Source of the DNA: Candidatus Poseidoniaceae archaeon
Lineage (GTDB): Archaea > Thermoplasmatota > Poseidoniia > Poseidoniales > Poseidoniaceae
NCBI GenBank assembly: GCA_943789275.1
Contig: CALSTM010000003.1
Span: 60,001 to 92,000, forward strand
Direction: 5' to 3'
Length of the DNA: 32,000 bases
Position numbers and translations under genes: made by a program
Notes under the pieces: model-generated
The model's database searches: none
What the model was told of the DNA's origin: nothing
The model's input: only the letters and a program-made list of their open reading frames with translations
Shown: positions 23,621 to 32,000 of the stretch, piece by piece
Layout of the letters: each line of letters starts with the position of its first letter
Position numbering within the stretch: the stretch's first letter is position 1

Positions 23621-24556
23621 CTAGAACAGCAGTGCGATTGTCTTGAGGAGTGCGGTCGGGGACCAAAGTCCAAGCGGGAAGGCGGAAAGGGCAAGAATTG
23701 CAAAAATAGAGATGGTTATGTAAAAGGCGTTCTCGCTCCAATCCTTCACTTTCAAACCATCGAGAGGGCCCCATGGAATCATGTTAAACAATCCTAATGC
23801 AAGATTTGCACCAATCCAGTATCTGCCAGCATCAATGAGCATTTTCTGCCAAACCAGTTGCCCACCAACCAAATAGAGGGATCCTGAAATATCAGCTTCA
23901 AAGGCCCCGGTTAGACCGAGTATGATGCCCCAAATCGGTATTCCAATCAGGAAAAGACCGAAATTAACGGCGGGGCCGGCCAAAGCGATGTGTCCGTTTT
24001 GACGGCGGGTAACGAGTCCTGCCACCATGACTGCGCCTGGAGCCATGAACAAAATCCCAATAAAAAAGGAAAGAAGAATACCGAATCTTAAGCCCTTGGG
24101 ATCGGCACGAAATTCAGCCCAACAGCCGTTTTTCTTCGCTACGATTTTATGTCCAATTTCATGAAAGAGGAAGGCAGGACCGATGGCGAGAAGAAGAACT
24201 GGCATAGAAAGAAGGAATTGGACGGTCCAAGTGGAAGTCCCTAGCGTACCAGTGCCCCAAATCCCGCCAACCGACATAAACCCCAACGCAATGGTGAATG
24301 CTGCCATTGCAAGTCCAAGATGTCGTTTTTCTTCACTGCTGAAGTGCCATATTCCGCCTTCGTGTAACTTCGCAGGTTGACTTTGGGACATGCCCATGAG
24401 TTGTGCGAAAAGGGGGTTTGCTTTCGCAGTCGAGCCGGTATCAAAGTGAATGGTGCCGTCATGGGAGCGGCGTGCGTGAACGCGATGTATACGTGGATTT
24501 TGGCGGCGGAAGGGGTCGTCTTCCAGAATATCAGCTCGTGAATCCCTCCCTGCCAT
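23621..24556 (-). CDS. M50-family site-2 protease (intramembrane zinc metalloprotease)
   Basis: HEIGHKIV (HExxH) within a TM helix, and the second motif NLALGLFNMIPWGPLDGLKV (NxxPxxxLDG). Multiple TM helices. Confidence 0.8.
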   Translation of the reverse strand: MAGRDSRADILEDDPFRRQNPRIHRVHARRSHDGTIHFDTGSTAKANPLFAQLMGMSQSQPAKLHEGGIWHFSSEEKRHLGLAMAAFTIALGFMSVGGIWGTGTLGTSTWTVQFLLSMPVLLLAIGPAFLFHEIGHKIVAKKNGCWAEFRADPKGLRFGILLSFFIGILFMAPGAVMVAGLVTRRQNGHIALAGPAVNFGLFLIGIPIWGIILGLTGAFEADISGSLYLVGGQLVWQKMLIDAGRYWIGANLALGLFNMIPWGPLDGLKVKDWSENAFYITISIFAILALSAFPLGLWSPTALLKTIALLF

Positions 24557-24574
24557 GTCCTCTTCTCTCGACAG

Positions 24575-25330
24575 ATGGATTTGAAGCCTCGCATCCGAAG
24601 TTTGATGCCCAATGGATGCACCAGCAGGCTTGAGTCTGCCATGTCAATGCCCCGTCGCGCGATGAAAGAAATGGGGTTCCAAGCCTGTTGTCTTCGTTGT
24701 GATGCTGAAGATGTTGTGGCTTCAAACCGATGTAAGAAATGTATCTCCAAGCATGCTGTAATACGCGATACGTTGGCGAATACCTCTCATGACGACCCGT
24801 TTTCCCAGTTTGCCAAGGAGATGTTGATGATGGCGAGTGAACCTCACCGATACGACCATGATGAGGTCCATGGAACGGTGCTCATTGAACAACAGAAACT
24901 TGCTGCAGGATTATCAACACCCGTACGACAACGGACGTTGGACGATGTTGTTTCAGTATTCGATAACCAAAAAGAACGTAGGAAAGCAAATGTTTTGAGG
25001 GACGTGGCAAATCAAAACGAATGGAAGGACCGTCCGCCGACCCTTGAACAACGAGAAGAAATTCTCGAGGTATTTGGTGATGAAGATCATTCTGATTACG
25101 GGGCGCGAACCATTCCGTCAAAATCAATTGTACAAGTCGACCGAAGTGAACGTATCGGGGAAGATGTTGCGTTAACGGACCGTTTAGAGGCTGCTAAAAA
25201 CGCCCAAAAAGCGCCTCTCCTGTCAAAAGAGACCGTCGAAAAGGAAATTTTCGAGGAATTGCAAAACCAAAGAAAGGAGTGGAAAAAGGTTCTTTCTGAA
25301 GTCGGTGATTTGCTTGATGATGATAATTAA
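24575..25330 (+). CDS. Hypothetical zinc-ribbon protein with charged helical C-terminal region
   Basis: CCLRCDAEDVVASNRCKKC (CxxC...CxxC) near the N-terminus, followed by a K/E/D-rich tail. The true start is uncertain. In-frame ATGs at 24641, 24647, 24662 and 24671 would leave more room for the divergent promoter. Confidence 0.5.
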   Translation: MDLKPRIRSLMPNGCTSRLESAMSMPRRAMKEMGFQACCLRCDAEDVVASNRCKKCISKHAVIRDTLANTSHDDPFSQFAKEMLMMASEPHRYDHDEVHGTVLIEQQKLAAGLSTPVRQRTLDDVVSVFDNQKERRKANVLRDVANQNEWKDRPPTLEQREEILEVFGDEDHSDYGARTIPSKSIVQVDRSERIGEDVALTDRLEAAKNAQKAPLLSKETVEKEIFEELQNQRKEWKKVLSEVGDLLDDDN

Positions 25331-25401
25331 TGAATAATATTTAATTATTTTATGAGTTGTAAAAAATATAAAAAGATTATTATCTTGGTTGCTGCTTTTT
25401 G

Positions 25402-26169
25402 TCAAAGTAATTTACTGCTTGGATTGGCGGTAAGTTCTGGAATGTGCAGTTCATAGGTTATTCTCTGTGTGCCTTTACCCTTGGATTTTTTACCAGTGAT
25501 TTCAATATGGCCAATTTCTCCAAGTTGTCCTACGTGCGTGCCTGCACAAGGGCATAAGTCGAGGTTATCACCGATTTTTACAACCCTCAGTTCTTTCACA
25601 GATGAAGGAAGGAGGTCCATGTTTGTCCGTTCGGGTGGCATCTCAGAATTGACTTCTGACCTGGTCATCGTAGAATCCGTTACAGGATGGTTTGCATCGA
25701 TGAGGAGGTTGACTTGTGTGGTGATTTCTTCAAGCATCTCAGGTGTAAATGAAATCGGGTTAAAATCGATTCGAGAGCGGTCATCGTGGATTTGATTTCC
25801 AACGGTCCGAGCGCCGTTAAAACATTCGTAAACGACGCCTGATACGAGGTGTTGTGCGGTGTGCATGCGCATGTGAGCATGCCTTCTTTGCCAGTCAACA
25901 GAGCCATGGATTTCATCACCTACTGAAAATTGGTGATCCTTTCCAACAGAATGGTATATTTCATTTCGGCCGCGAACCTCTTGGACAGCAACTGCCCCGT
26001 TTGGACCGTTTATGGTGCCAGTATCCCAATTTTGGCCACCTCCAAGAGGATAGAAAAGTGTTCGGTCAAGAGCAATTTTATCGTCCATTACGGCTGTTAC
26101 TTCTGCATTAAATTCGGTAAAGTACCCCGATTCAATGCTGTTGAGATACAATCGTTCAGTCGCCGCCAT
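25402..26169 (-). CDS. alaX: AlaX-type alanyl-tRNA editing protein (AlaRS second-additional-domain family)
   Basis: 255 aa. HMRMHTAQHL (HxxxH) and CPCAGTHV (CxxxH) are the zinc-binding editing-site motifs of AlaX/AlaRS/ThrRS editing domains. The N-terminal beta-barrel-like region is typical of the ~250-aa AlaX-M form. Confidence 0.8.
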   Translation of the reverse strand: MAATERLYLNSIESGYFTEFNAEVTAVMDDKIALDRTLFYPLGGGQNWDTGTINGPNGAVAVQEVRGRNEIYHSVGKDHQFSVGDEIHGSVDWQRRHAHMRMHTAQHLVSGVVYECFNGARTVGNQIHDDRSRIDFNPISFTPEMLEEITTQVNLLIDANHPVTDSTMTRSEVNSEMPPERTNMDLLPSSVKELRVVKIGDNLDLCPCAGTHVGQLGEIGHIEITGKKSKGKGTQRITYELHIPELTANPSSKLL

Positions 26170-26203
26170 GGACGTGCCTGGGGGTTTGCCTTTGAAGAGG
26201 TTT

Positions 26204-27262
26204 TCAGGCTTCGAGCGGGTCGTTTAGTTCTCCTTTTTCATCCAAGATAAGGGAGGGGGTTTTCCATGCATGGTGGAGAGATACGGTTGATTGCCATAAA
26301 GCTCGGAAGAAACCGAGTTCTTCATACTTCCATCCTCGTTCTTCCGCATATTCTTTCACGAGCGGTGCTGCTTTTGGTAGGTTAAAATGCGACATAGCCG
26401 GAAGGAGGTGATGTTCAATTTGATAATCAAGACCAACGAAGAAGAACGACCCGATACGTCCGAGTTTAATTCGACGCGCTGTTTCAATTTGTAAGCGCCA
26501 GTTTTGGTCGTACTCTGTAATGATTGGTCGTCCAGCGTGACCCACAATGAAAATTGCTGTAAGGCATGTACCAACCAAACTCCACAACAGAACATAAAAT
26601 CCGAAAGTAACTTGCCACGATAGCCCAAGTAATATTGGTAAAGCCAACCACAAAGTAAAGTGGACAAGGATGAGTGCGGTATCAAGAAGCCAAATTTTCG
26701 TAATTCTCTTTTTCTTGGATTTGAAAGGTTTGGTAGCGATGTATTTCAATCCATCAAAACGCATGAGATGTCCAACAAGTAGTGATATCGGCCAGAACGT
26801 CCAACCTTGAAGGTGGCGTTGGAAGAACCTTCGTATTGGACCGCTTGTTTTGTATTCTTCCTGGCTGAAAGTAAAGGGCCATGAGTGAATATCTGGATCA
26901 ACATTGACAACGTTAGGGTGCGCGTGGTGTTTGACGTTGTGTTTCTCTCGCCAATATTCCATAGAGAATCCTGCAAAAAGAGGGAAGATAATGGCTGCAA
27001 GTGATGTGTTCCCGGCCTTGGATTGGCAAGCAGAGGAGTGAACGCCTTCATGTCCAGTCATTGCCAACGTTGTTGAAAAGAGAGCTGTAATCGGTATAAG
27101 CATTAAACCGAACTTCAACGGGAGGTAAATATGGGCGCTGTACAGCGAACAAACCACAACCAGTAGAAGGATTGCTTTGAACCAAGACTTCATTGTTGGT
27201 TTAACGAGAAGATTTGCTTCTTTCAGTTTTTTTCGTAAATCAGCCATTGGATGTTCTGCCAT
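26204..27262 (-). CDS. Membrane fatty-acid/acyl-lipid desaturase, front-end (Q-x2-HH) type
   Basis: Three His boxes: HEGVHS, HNVKHHAHPN and QIEHHLLP, with four or more TM segments. I prefer the ATG at 27262 (MAEHPMADLRKK, preceded by GGGGGT) over the track start at 27346, which would overlap the upstream gene. Confidence 0.85.
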   Translation of the reverse strand: MAEHPMADLRKKLKEANLLVKPTMKSWFKAILLLVVVCSLYSAHIYLPLKFGLMLIPITALFSTTLAMTGHEGVHSSACQSKAGNTSLAAIIFPLFAGFSMEYWREKHNVKHHAHPNVVNVDPDIHSWPFTFSQEEYKTSGPIRRFFQRHLQGWTFWPISLLVGHLMRFDGLKYIATKPFKSKKKRITKIWLLDTALILVHFTLWLALPILLGLSWQVTFGFYVLLWSLVGTCLTAIFIVGHAGRPIITEYDQNWRLQIETARRIKLGRIGSFFFVGLDYQIEHHLLPAMSHFNLPKAAPLVKEYAEERGWKYEELGFFRALWQSTVSLHHAWKTPSLILDEKGELNDPLEA

Positions 27263-27338
27263 TTTGATACCCCCTGAGCAGTGCTCTGCAATCTTGTGGC
27301 GGGGGCGGGGGGTTTTAAGGTGGTGTGTTTGGTAACAC

Positions 27339-28067
27339 CTAATCACTGTTGTTTATTCGGTTCACCACGCGACGGCCTTCGAGAATCTGGGCGTCAATAG
27401 TGCGGTTTTCGATTGATTTAGGAAGAAAACAGGTGATGGTTTCAATCCAGCCTCTCTTTGGAAACCAAACGGGTGATTCTTGCCAAACTTCGGTGAGACC
27501 TTCATGCCGTTGTAGAGAATAGATGTTTTCTGGGAGGTTCGAACAATCGCTGAGAAGTGATGTACCTCCGTGCATGTGTATAAATTCCCCAAAATCAGGA
27601 GTGTGAATTACGTCTAAAGTGCCGAGATTATGACTTTTAGAACCTGGTGCACTGTACGTCCATTGACGATCATCGACAACATAGTTGCATTCGATTTGCC
27701 CCGAATCTTTGGAACCAGCCCCGATGTATTCTACAGTGACCGTATCACCCAAAACGAAGCATTCAGTGATTCGGGTTCGGGTAAGAATGTTGACGTCTTT
27801 GTGAGCTGCTATCGAGCCAAGGTGTTTCAAGACCCATTCTGAACGAAGTGTATATCCTCTTGTGAGAGGGTATGGTTGTAAAAATTCCATTTGGCTCGAA
27901 TCAAGATATGATTTGAGTAAATCGAGATTTTGAATGTGTCCAGGTGCTGTGCATGGCAACCCTATCTCAGCGTTTAATTCAATGACGGTAACAACATATT
28001 CACTGCTCATTTCTATGGCTGATATCATGTTTGATATCGTTCCACCAACAAAAACGACCGATTTCAT
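27339..28067 (-). CDS. Hypothetical protein with degenerate N-terminal Rossmann-like (FAD/NAD-type) fold signature
   Basis: MKSVVFVGGTISNMISAIEMSSEYVVTVIE resembles a beta-alpha-beta dinucleotide-binding start, but the GxGxxG is degenerate (GGTISN). The ATG at 28067 overlaps the ferredoxin stop as ATGA. Function not established. Confidence 0.5.
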   Translation of the reverse strand: MKSVVFVGGTISNMISAIEMSSEYVVTVIELNAEIGLPCTAPGHIQNLDLLKSYLDSSQMEFLQPYPLTRGYTLRSEWVLKHLGSIAAHKDVNILTRTRITECFVLGDTVTVEYIGAGSKDSGQIECNYVVDDRQWTYSAPGSKSHNLGTLDVIHTPDFGEFIHMHGGTSLLSDCSNLPENIYSLQRHEGLTEVWQESPVWFPKRGWIETITCFLPKSIENRTIDAQILEGRRVVNRINNSD

Positions 28068-28273
28068 TTTTCCACCTTTTGAGATACAATATCGAGGGCG
28101 AAAACAGGGCATGATGGTATGCAGAGTTCACAATGAGTACAGTTCTCTTCATCAACAACCGCAAGGCGATCAATGAGAGTAAGGACATTGACTGGGCATA
28201 ATGCAATGCATGCTGCACATCCAAAACATCGGTCTTCATCGACAACAAAGTTGTGATGAAGTTGTCTTGTCAT
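28064..28273 (-). CDS. 2x[4Fe-4S] ferredoxin
   Basis: 69 aa with two cluster motifs, CFGCAACIALCP and CTHCELCIPSCP (CxxCxxCxxxCP twice). Confidence 0.85.
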   Translation of the reverse strand: MTRQLHHNFVVDEDRCFGCAACIALCPVNVLTLIDRLAVVDEENCTHCELCIPSCPVFALDIVSQKVEK

Positions 28274-28703
28274 GATGTTTGGATGGCGGTCTGGTTCATG
28301 TCTTCTTCGCTTGAATCGAAAGGAATTACAAGTTCCAGTGGATTTAGGGTTCTTCCGAGAAAGATTTTTTTGAAAAAGAGAGAAGTGTATTCTTCTTTAT
28401 TTTACAAGATAAAATTTGGATAGGAAATGAAATTGATAAAATGAACGATGAAAAAGAGTTGTATCCTAACACCCCTTCGTTTCCGGTGGAGTGATAAAGA
28501 TTGACAGATGTGAGTATGACGTAGAAAGGGATGGAAGAAAACGAGAGTATGCCCCGTAGAATATGGTCGCGACAAGCACTTAACCTAACCCCTTAACAAC
28601 CTATGAAATTTTGAACGAACCCTTCCGAACTGACTCCAATGGAAACTGAGGGGTGGGTGTACAAAATAGAATCAACTTCAAGTCATGTAGCGTAGACCGA
28701 AGT

Positions 28704-30047
28704 ATGATTCACATGGTTTTCTATTCACCAGGTCGGACGAGTTCCTACCCAACAGAGCATCCAGAAAAAGGAATACGCTATCATTATCTTGGTGGCGGTG
28801 ATGAAGTCGGTAACGTTGGAATTATGCTTGAAGATTCAAAACAAACACGATTACTCTTGGACTACGGTTTAGCCCCGACCACTCCACCTCGATATCCTTC
28901 AGAAGCTCCAGAAGTTCGGGACGCTGTCATCACCCATTCTCACGTTGATCACCTCGGAATGGCTCCTTGGTTGTGTGCCAACCATAGAACTCGTTTGCAC
29001 GGTACCGCATTAACTGCACAAATTTCTGAATTAATGTGGTATGACTGTCATAAAGTAAGTTCAATTGAAAAATATCCGCTTGCTTGGGATAAACGCGATA
29101 TTGACACAGCATTAGATTCATGGAATATACATGCTTTTAACGAACCTTGGATGAAAGAGGAATGGAAATTAGAACTGCACAAAGCAGGACATATACCGGG
29201 TGCAGCGATGCTTCATATCGAAACTCCAGAACGAAAAATACTGTTGTCCGGTGATTTTGATACTCGAGATTCACCTCTTACAAGCGGCGCCAAACCCGTC
29301 AAGACCGATACACTGTTCGTAGAAGGTACATACGGTGGCCGTAACCACCCACCTCTTCAGGAAGAAGAGCTACGATTCATCAATCACGTTCAACGCGTCA
29401 TCGACCGCGGAGGTAAAGTGTTGATACCGGCTTTTGCAAACGGACGAACCCAAGACGTTGTCATGCGCCTGTACAAACACCTACCCCACCTCAACGTTCA
29501 CGTTGATGGTATGGGAAAACGAATCGCTAAAATGCAAATGAATCATCCTGAAACCCTCCGTGATCCTGAAGCAATGAAAACAGCATGGTCGTGGTGTCGG
29601 AGAGTTTCAAGTAAATCGGATCGGAAGAAAGCACTTGAGGCAGACGTTATTGTTTCAACATCCGGAATGCTTCAGGGTGGCCCTTCGATATGGTATCTCA
29701 ATCGTTTACGCCAGGACAATAAAAATGCGATTTTATTCACGGGTTATCAAGCGTCAAATACCGGTGGTCGTAAATTACAAAACGAAGGAAAAATAAATAT
29801 TTTTGGAAACGAGACCGATATTTCACTTGAATGGGAATCCTATTCCTTTTCCACCCATGCTGGACAAAAAGAAATTGTAGATTTCGCTGCAGCTTGTGAG
29901 GCGAAGGAAGTGGTTGTGTACCACACTGACCCATCACATGCTCGACCTCCACTTGTTGAAGAACTGGAAAAGAACGGACATATCGTTCACAATCCCGTGA
30001 ACGGGATTTCAGAATATCTCGGTGAAGAATTTAGCCGAAGTAATTGA
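28704..30047 (+). CDS. Metallo-beta-lactamase / beta-CASP family ribonuclease (KH-less; aCPSF2- or RNase J-like)
   Basis: GGGDEVGNVG, VITHSHVDHLG (HxHxDH), AGHIPGAAM, LLSGDFD, FVEGTYGG, and C-terminal FSTHAG and VVYHTD (beta-CASP motifs B and C). ATG at 28704 is preferred. The ORF track starts at a GTG at 28653. Confidence 0.8.
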   Translation: MIHMVFYSPGRTSSYPTEHPEKGIRYHYLGGGDEVGNVGIMLEDSKQTRLLLDYGLAPTTPPRYPSEAPEVRDAVITHSHVDHLGMAPWLCANHRTRLHGTALTAQISELMWYDCHKVSSIEKYPLAWDKRDIDTALDSWNIHAFNEPWMKEEWKLELHKAGHIPGAAMLHIETPERKILLSGDFDTRDSPLTSGAKPVKTDTLFVEGTYGGRNHPPLQEEELRFINHVQRVIDRGGKVLIPAFANGRTQDVVMRLYKHLPHLNVHVDGMGKRIAKMQMNHPETLRDPEAMKTAWSWCRRVSSKSDRKKALEADVIVSTSGMLQGGPSIWYLNRLRQDNKNAILFTGYQASNTGGRKLQNEGKINIFGNETDISLEWESYSFSTHAGQKEIVDFAAACEAKEVVVYHTDPSHARPPLVEELEKNGHIVHNPVNGISEYLGEEFSRSN

Positions 30048-30078
30048 ATACAACGATGCCAAGCGGTAGTTGATACCC

Positions 30079-30372
30079 ATGGCGGCAAAGGCACCTAAAG
30101 GCTCCCAGCCCAAGAAGAGAAAGCGGAGAATGCGCCTCTCTTTGAAACAAAAGAAAATGAACGTCAAGGCTGACAAATACACAGATTCTCTTGGATGGTC
30201 TCAAGATGTTGGGCGCACTCTTGGTGATGCACCGAAAGCTGCTGCACCTGAAACGCTCAAAGTCCAATGCGACATGTGCGGTTCAATGCTAAAAATTCCA
30301 AAACCAAAGAAATCTCGTTACACCGTAACTTGTGCATACGCAGAGTGCGGCCACACAATGAACTTCGACTGA
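30079..30372 (+). CDS. Small basic zinc-ribbon protein
   Basis: MAAKAPKGSQPKKRKRRMRLSLKQKK basic N-terminus, and C-terminal CDMCGSML...TVTCAYAECGH (CxxC...Cx5C). Starts 32 nt after the beta-CASP stop. ATG at 30079 is preferred over the TTG at 30070. Confidence 0.55.
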   Translation: MAAKAPKGSQPKKRKRRMRLSLKQKKMNVKADKYTDSLGWSQDVGRTLGDAPKAAAPETLKVQCDMCGSMLKIPKPKKSRYTVTCAYAECGHTMNFD

Positions 30373-30381
30373 GGCCAGAGG

Positions 30382-31146
30382 ATGGAACAGGGTTTTGCCC
30401 TCCTTGCTCTTTGCATCGGCCTTTTCTTCATTTCTATACTGTATTCGAGCGTTGGTCACGGTGGAGCTTCTGGCTATCTTGCTGTTCTTTCACTGACGAC
30501 GTACAGCCAAATGGACAGCGCATGGTTGAAACAACACGCCTGGGTCCTCAACCTCGCTGTGGCCGGCATAGCATTCTACCACTATTCTCAATCAGGTCAC
30601 CACACAGTCTCCAAATCTTTACCGTTCATTGTAGCCAGTATTCCCTTTGCTTTCATCGGAGGATATCTCAAGGTTGATGGAGCAGTCTACGACACCCTCC
30701 TTTCCCTCACCCTTCTTTATGCTGCGTTACGCCTACTGCTCAATGAAGAAAACTCCACAACTCAAGTCTTCGAACCAAAACCGATTCAAGCGTATTCTTT
30801 TGGTGGGGGAATTGGATTTTTGAGTGGGATCATCGGTGTCGGCGGGGGAATTTTCCTCTCTCCAATATTACTCTTGAAAAAATGGGCTACACCGAAATCT
30901 GCTGCTGCAACAGCAGCCTTGTTTATCTGGGTGAATTCTGCAGCGGGACTTCTTGGGGCTACAGCCTCTGGGCAACTCACCCTTGAGATGTCCACCCTCC
31001 TACCGTTTCTCTTCGCCGTAGGCATCGGTGGGTTGCTTGGCTCAAAGTATGGTTCACAACGGGCGAGACCGAAAACCGTACAAAACATACTGATTGCAGT
31101 GTTACTCATTGCTTCTGTGAAGCGAATAACAGAACTTTTTGTTTAA
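30382..31146 (+). CDS. TauE/SafE (TSUP, DUF81) family anion/sulfite exporter-like permease
   Basis: 254 aa with about 8 TM helices. Duplicated glycine-rich motifs, SSVGHGGASGYLAVL and GFLSGIIGVGGGIFLSPILLL, are characteristic of TSUP proteins. Confidence 0.8.
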   Translation: MEQGFALLALCIGLFFISILYSSVGHGGASGYLAVLSLTTYSQMDSAWLKQHAWVLNLAVAGIAFYHYSQSGHHTVSKSLPFIVASIPFAFIGGYLKVDGAVYDTLLSLTLLYAALRLLLNEENSTTQVFEPKPIQAYSFGGGIGFLSGIIGVGGGIFLSPILLLKKWATPKSAAATAALFIWVNSAAGLLGATASGQLTLEMSTLLPFLFAVGIGGLLGSKYGSQRARPKTVQNILIAVLLIASVKRITELFV

Positions 31147-31191
31147 TTTCATTACCGTGAAAGTCAAACACACCAACCACTTGGAATGTCC

Positions 31192-32000
31192 ATGTCCGAG
31201 GTCCCATACTTTGTTTCGTATGATGAGGCTTTGACCATTCTTCGACAACATACACTCAACATTGGAACAGAAACCATTGCCTTGGACCATCTCTACAACA
31301 GAATTCTTGCCGAAGACATTCAATCGACCGTTGACGACCCCCGATTCGATAATTCAGCAATGGATGGTTTTGCATTTCAATACAGCGATTCCACCCAACC
31401 TCCTGCCGTTTTATCCATCAAACAAACTCTACAAGCAGGTACCGATGAACAACTCACAACCATTGAACCAGGCCAAGCTGTTCGAATCATGACCGGTGCA
31501 CCAATCCCAAACGGTGCAGACGCCATCCTTCCCATCGAACGTTGTTCAATCAGCGATGACGGTTCAGAAGTTACACTGCATGACGAGGGGAAAAAGCACT
31601 TCATCCGAAAGCAAGGGGAGAACCTCAAACGCGGCCAAACCGCACTTACCAAAGGCACACTTTTCTCACCGTCATCTGTCGGTCTTTGTGCTACAATGGG
31701 GCACGCTTCTGCGAAAGTATTCAAGAAAGCAACCATCGGTATTCTCCCTACTGGTGATGAATTGCAGTTACCCGGTGAGGAATTATCTGACAACTCAATT
31801 TATGAATCCAATTCTTTTGGCCTAACCTCACTTGTTCGCATGACTGGACACAACCCAATTCGATACACTTCAGTTTCGGATTCTATGGACGCTTTACGGC
31901 AACAACTGGATGCGGCAGCAGCAGAATGCGATTTCATCCTCACTTCAGGTGGTGTATCGATGGGGGAATGGGATTTGGTGCGTAGGATCATGGAAGAAGA
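31192..32000 (+). CDS. moeA: Molybdopterin molybdenumtransferase MoeA, N-terminal ~270 aa (gene runs off the right edge)
   Basis: Absent from the ORF track because it is open at the window edge. My translation: MSEVPYFVSYDEALTILRQH...PRFDNSAMDGFAF...VRIMTGAPIPNGADAILPIE...IRKQGENLKRG...LPTGDEL...IYESNSFGL...ILTSGGVSMGEWDLV. These are the canonical MoeA blocks. An alternative ATG lies at 31186. Confidence 0.9.
   Translation, partial: MSEVPYFVSYDEALTILRQHTLNIGTETIALDHLYNRILAEDIQSTVDDPRFDNSAMDGFAFQYSDSTQPPAVLSIKQTLQAGTDEQLTTIEPGQAVRIMTGAPIPNGADAILPIERCSISDDGSEVTLHDEGKKHFIRKQGENLKRGQTALTKGTLFSPSSVGLCATMGHASAKVFKKATIGILPTGDELQLPGEELSDNSIYESNSFGLTSLVRMTGHNPIRYTSVSDSMDALRQQLDAAAAECDFILTSGGVSMGEWDLVRRIMEE

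Noticed and set aside
25331-25401. Very AT-rich 71-bp convergent gap with T and A runs, considered as a possible structured element
   Set aside because: It is consistent with bidirectional oligo-T termination between convergent genes. I saw no convincing stem-loop or repeat.
27263-27346. 28-codon N-terminal extension of the desaturase ORF
   Set aside because: It would overlap the stop of the upstream gene (27339). The ATG at 27262 is preceded by a GGGGGT RBS-like element.
28274-28703. Unusually long (~430 bp) AT-rich intergenic region, considered as a possible ncRNA, C/D-box sRNA or small ORFs
   Set aside because: I saw only partial box-like strings (CGATGAA, CTGA) without proper spacing or terminal stems, and 17- to 21-codon ORFs without RBS or TATA support. 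The region most simply holds the divergent promoters. RNA-seq or covariance-model searches would be needed to say more.

Overview
Gene-dense chromosomal window with about 29 protein-coding genes and one tRNA-Leu(GAG). I found no rRNA, CRISPR array, transposase or integrase. The host is probably an archaeon, possibly a marine Thermoplasmatota/Euryarchaeota-like lineage. Evidence for this: a TTGATATA box about 25 nt upstream of the tRNA that recurs at other gene starts, a KH-less beta-CASP RNase, AlaX, a HerA-type ATPase and GGTGA-type ribosome-binding sites. This assignment comes from motifs only, not from a search. Most genes are ordinary: CYTH, DegT-type aminotransferase, SDR, DDAH-like amidinotransferase, M50 protease, AlaX, TSUP permease and MoeA. 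There is also a block of secreted proteins: two paralogous M28 peptidases bracketing SCO1, an LVIVD propeller and a small anchored protein. The main candidate for something new is a 2,237-aa single ORF (16827..23540, minus strand). It joins an N-terminal NACHT/STAND-like P-loop NTPase to a full set of SF1 UvrD-like helicase motifs, followed by about 1,190 aa with no motif I recognise apart from one HTH-like segment. Secondary items are: (1) a HerA/DUF87-like ATPase fused to a six-helix membrane domain; (2) a TPM-domain gene split across three reading frames, ending in a near-perfect 21-bp x7 tandem repeat encoding (SSRGGGG)n; (3) a ferredoxin / Rossmann-like / front-end-type desaturase operon with ATGA coupling; (4) a 51-aa ORF missing from the ORF track that has its own TTGATATA box. 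Two edge-truncated genes are also missing from the track: a beta-propeller protein at 1..460 (minus) and moeA at 31192..32000 (plus). All functional calls rest on motifs read by eye from the translations. No database search or structure prediction was possible.
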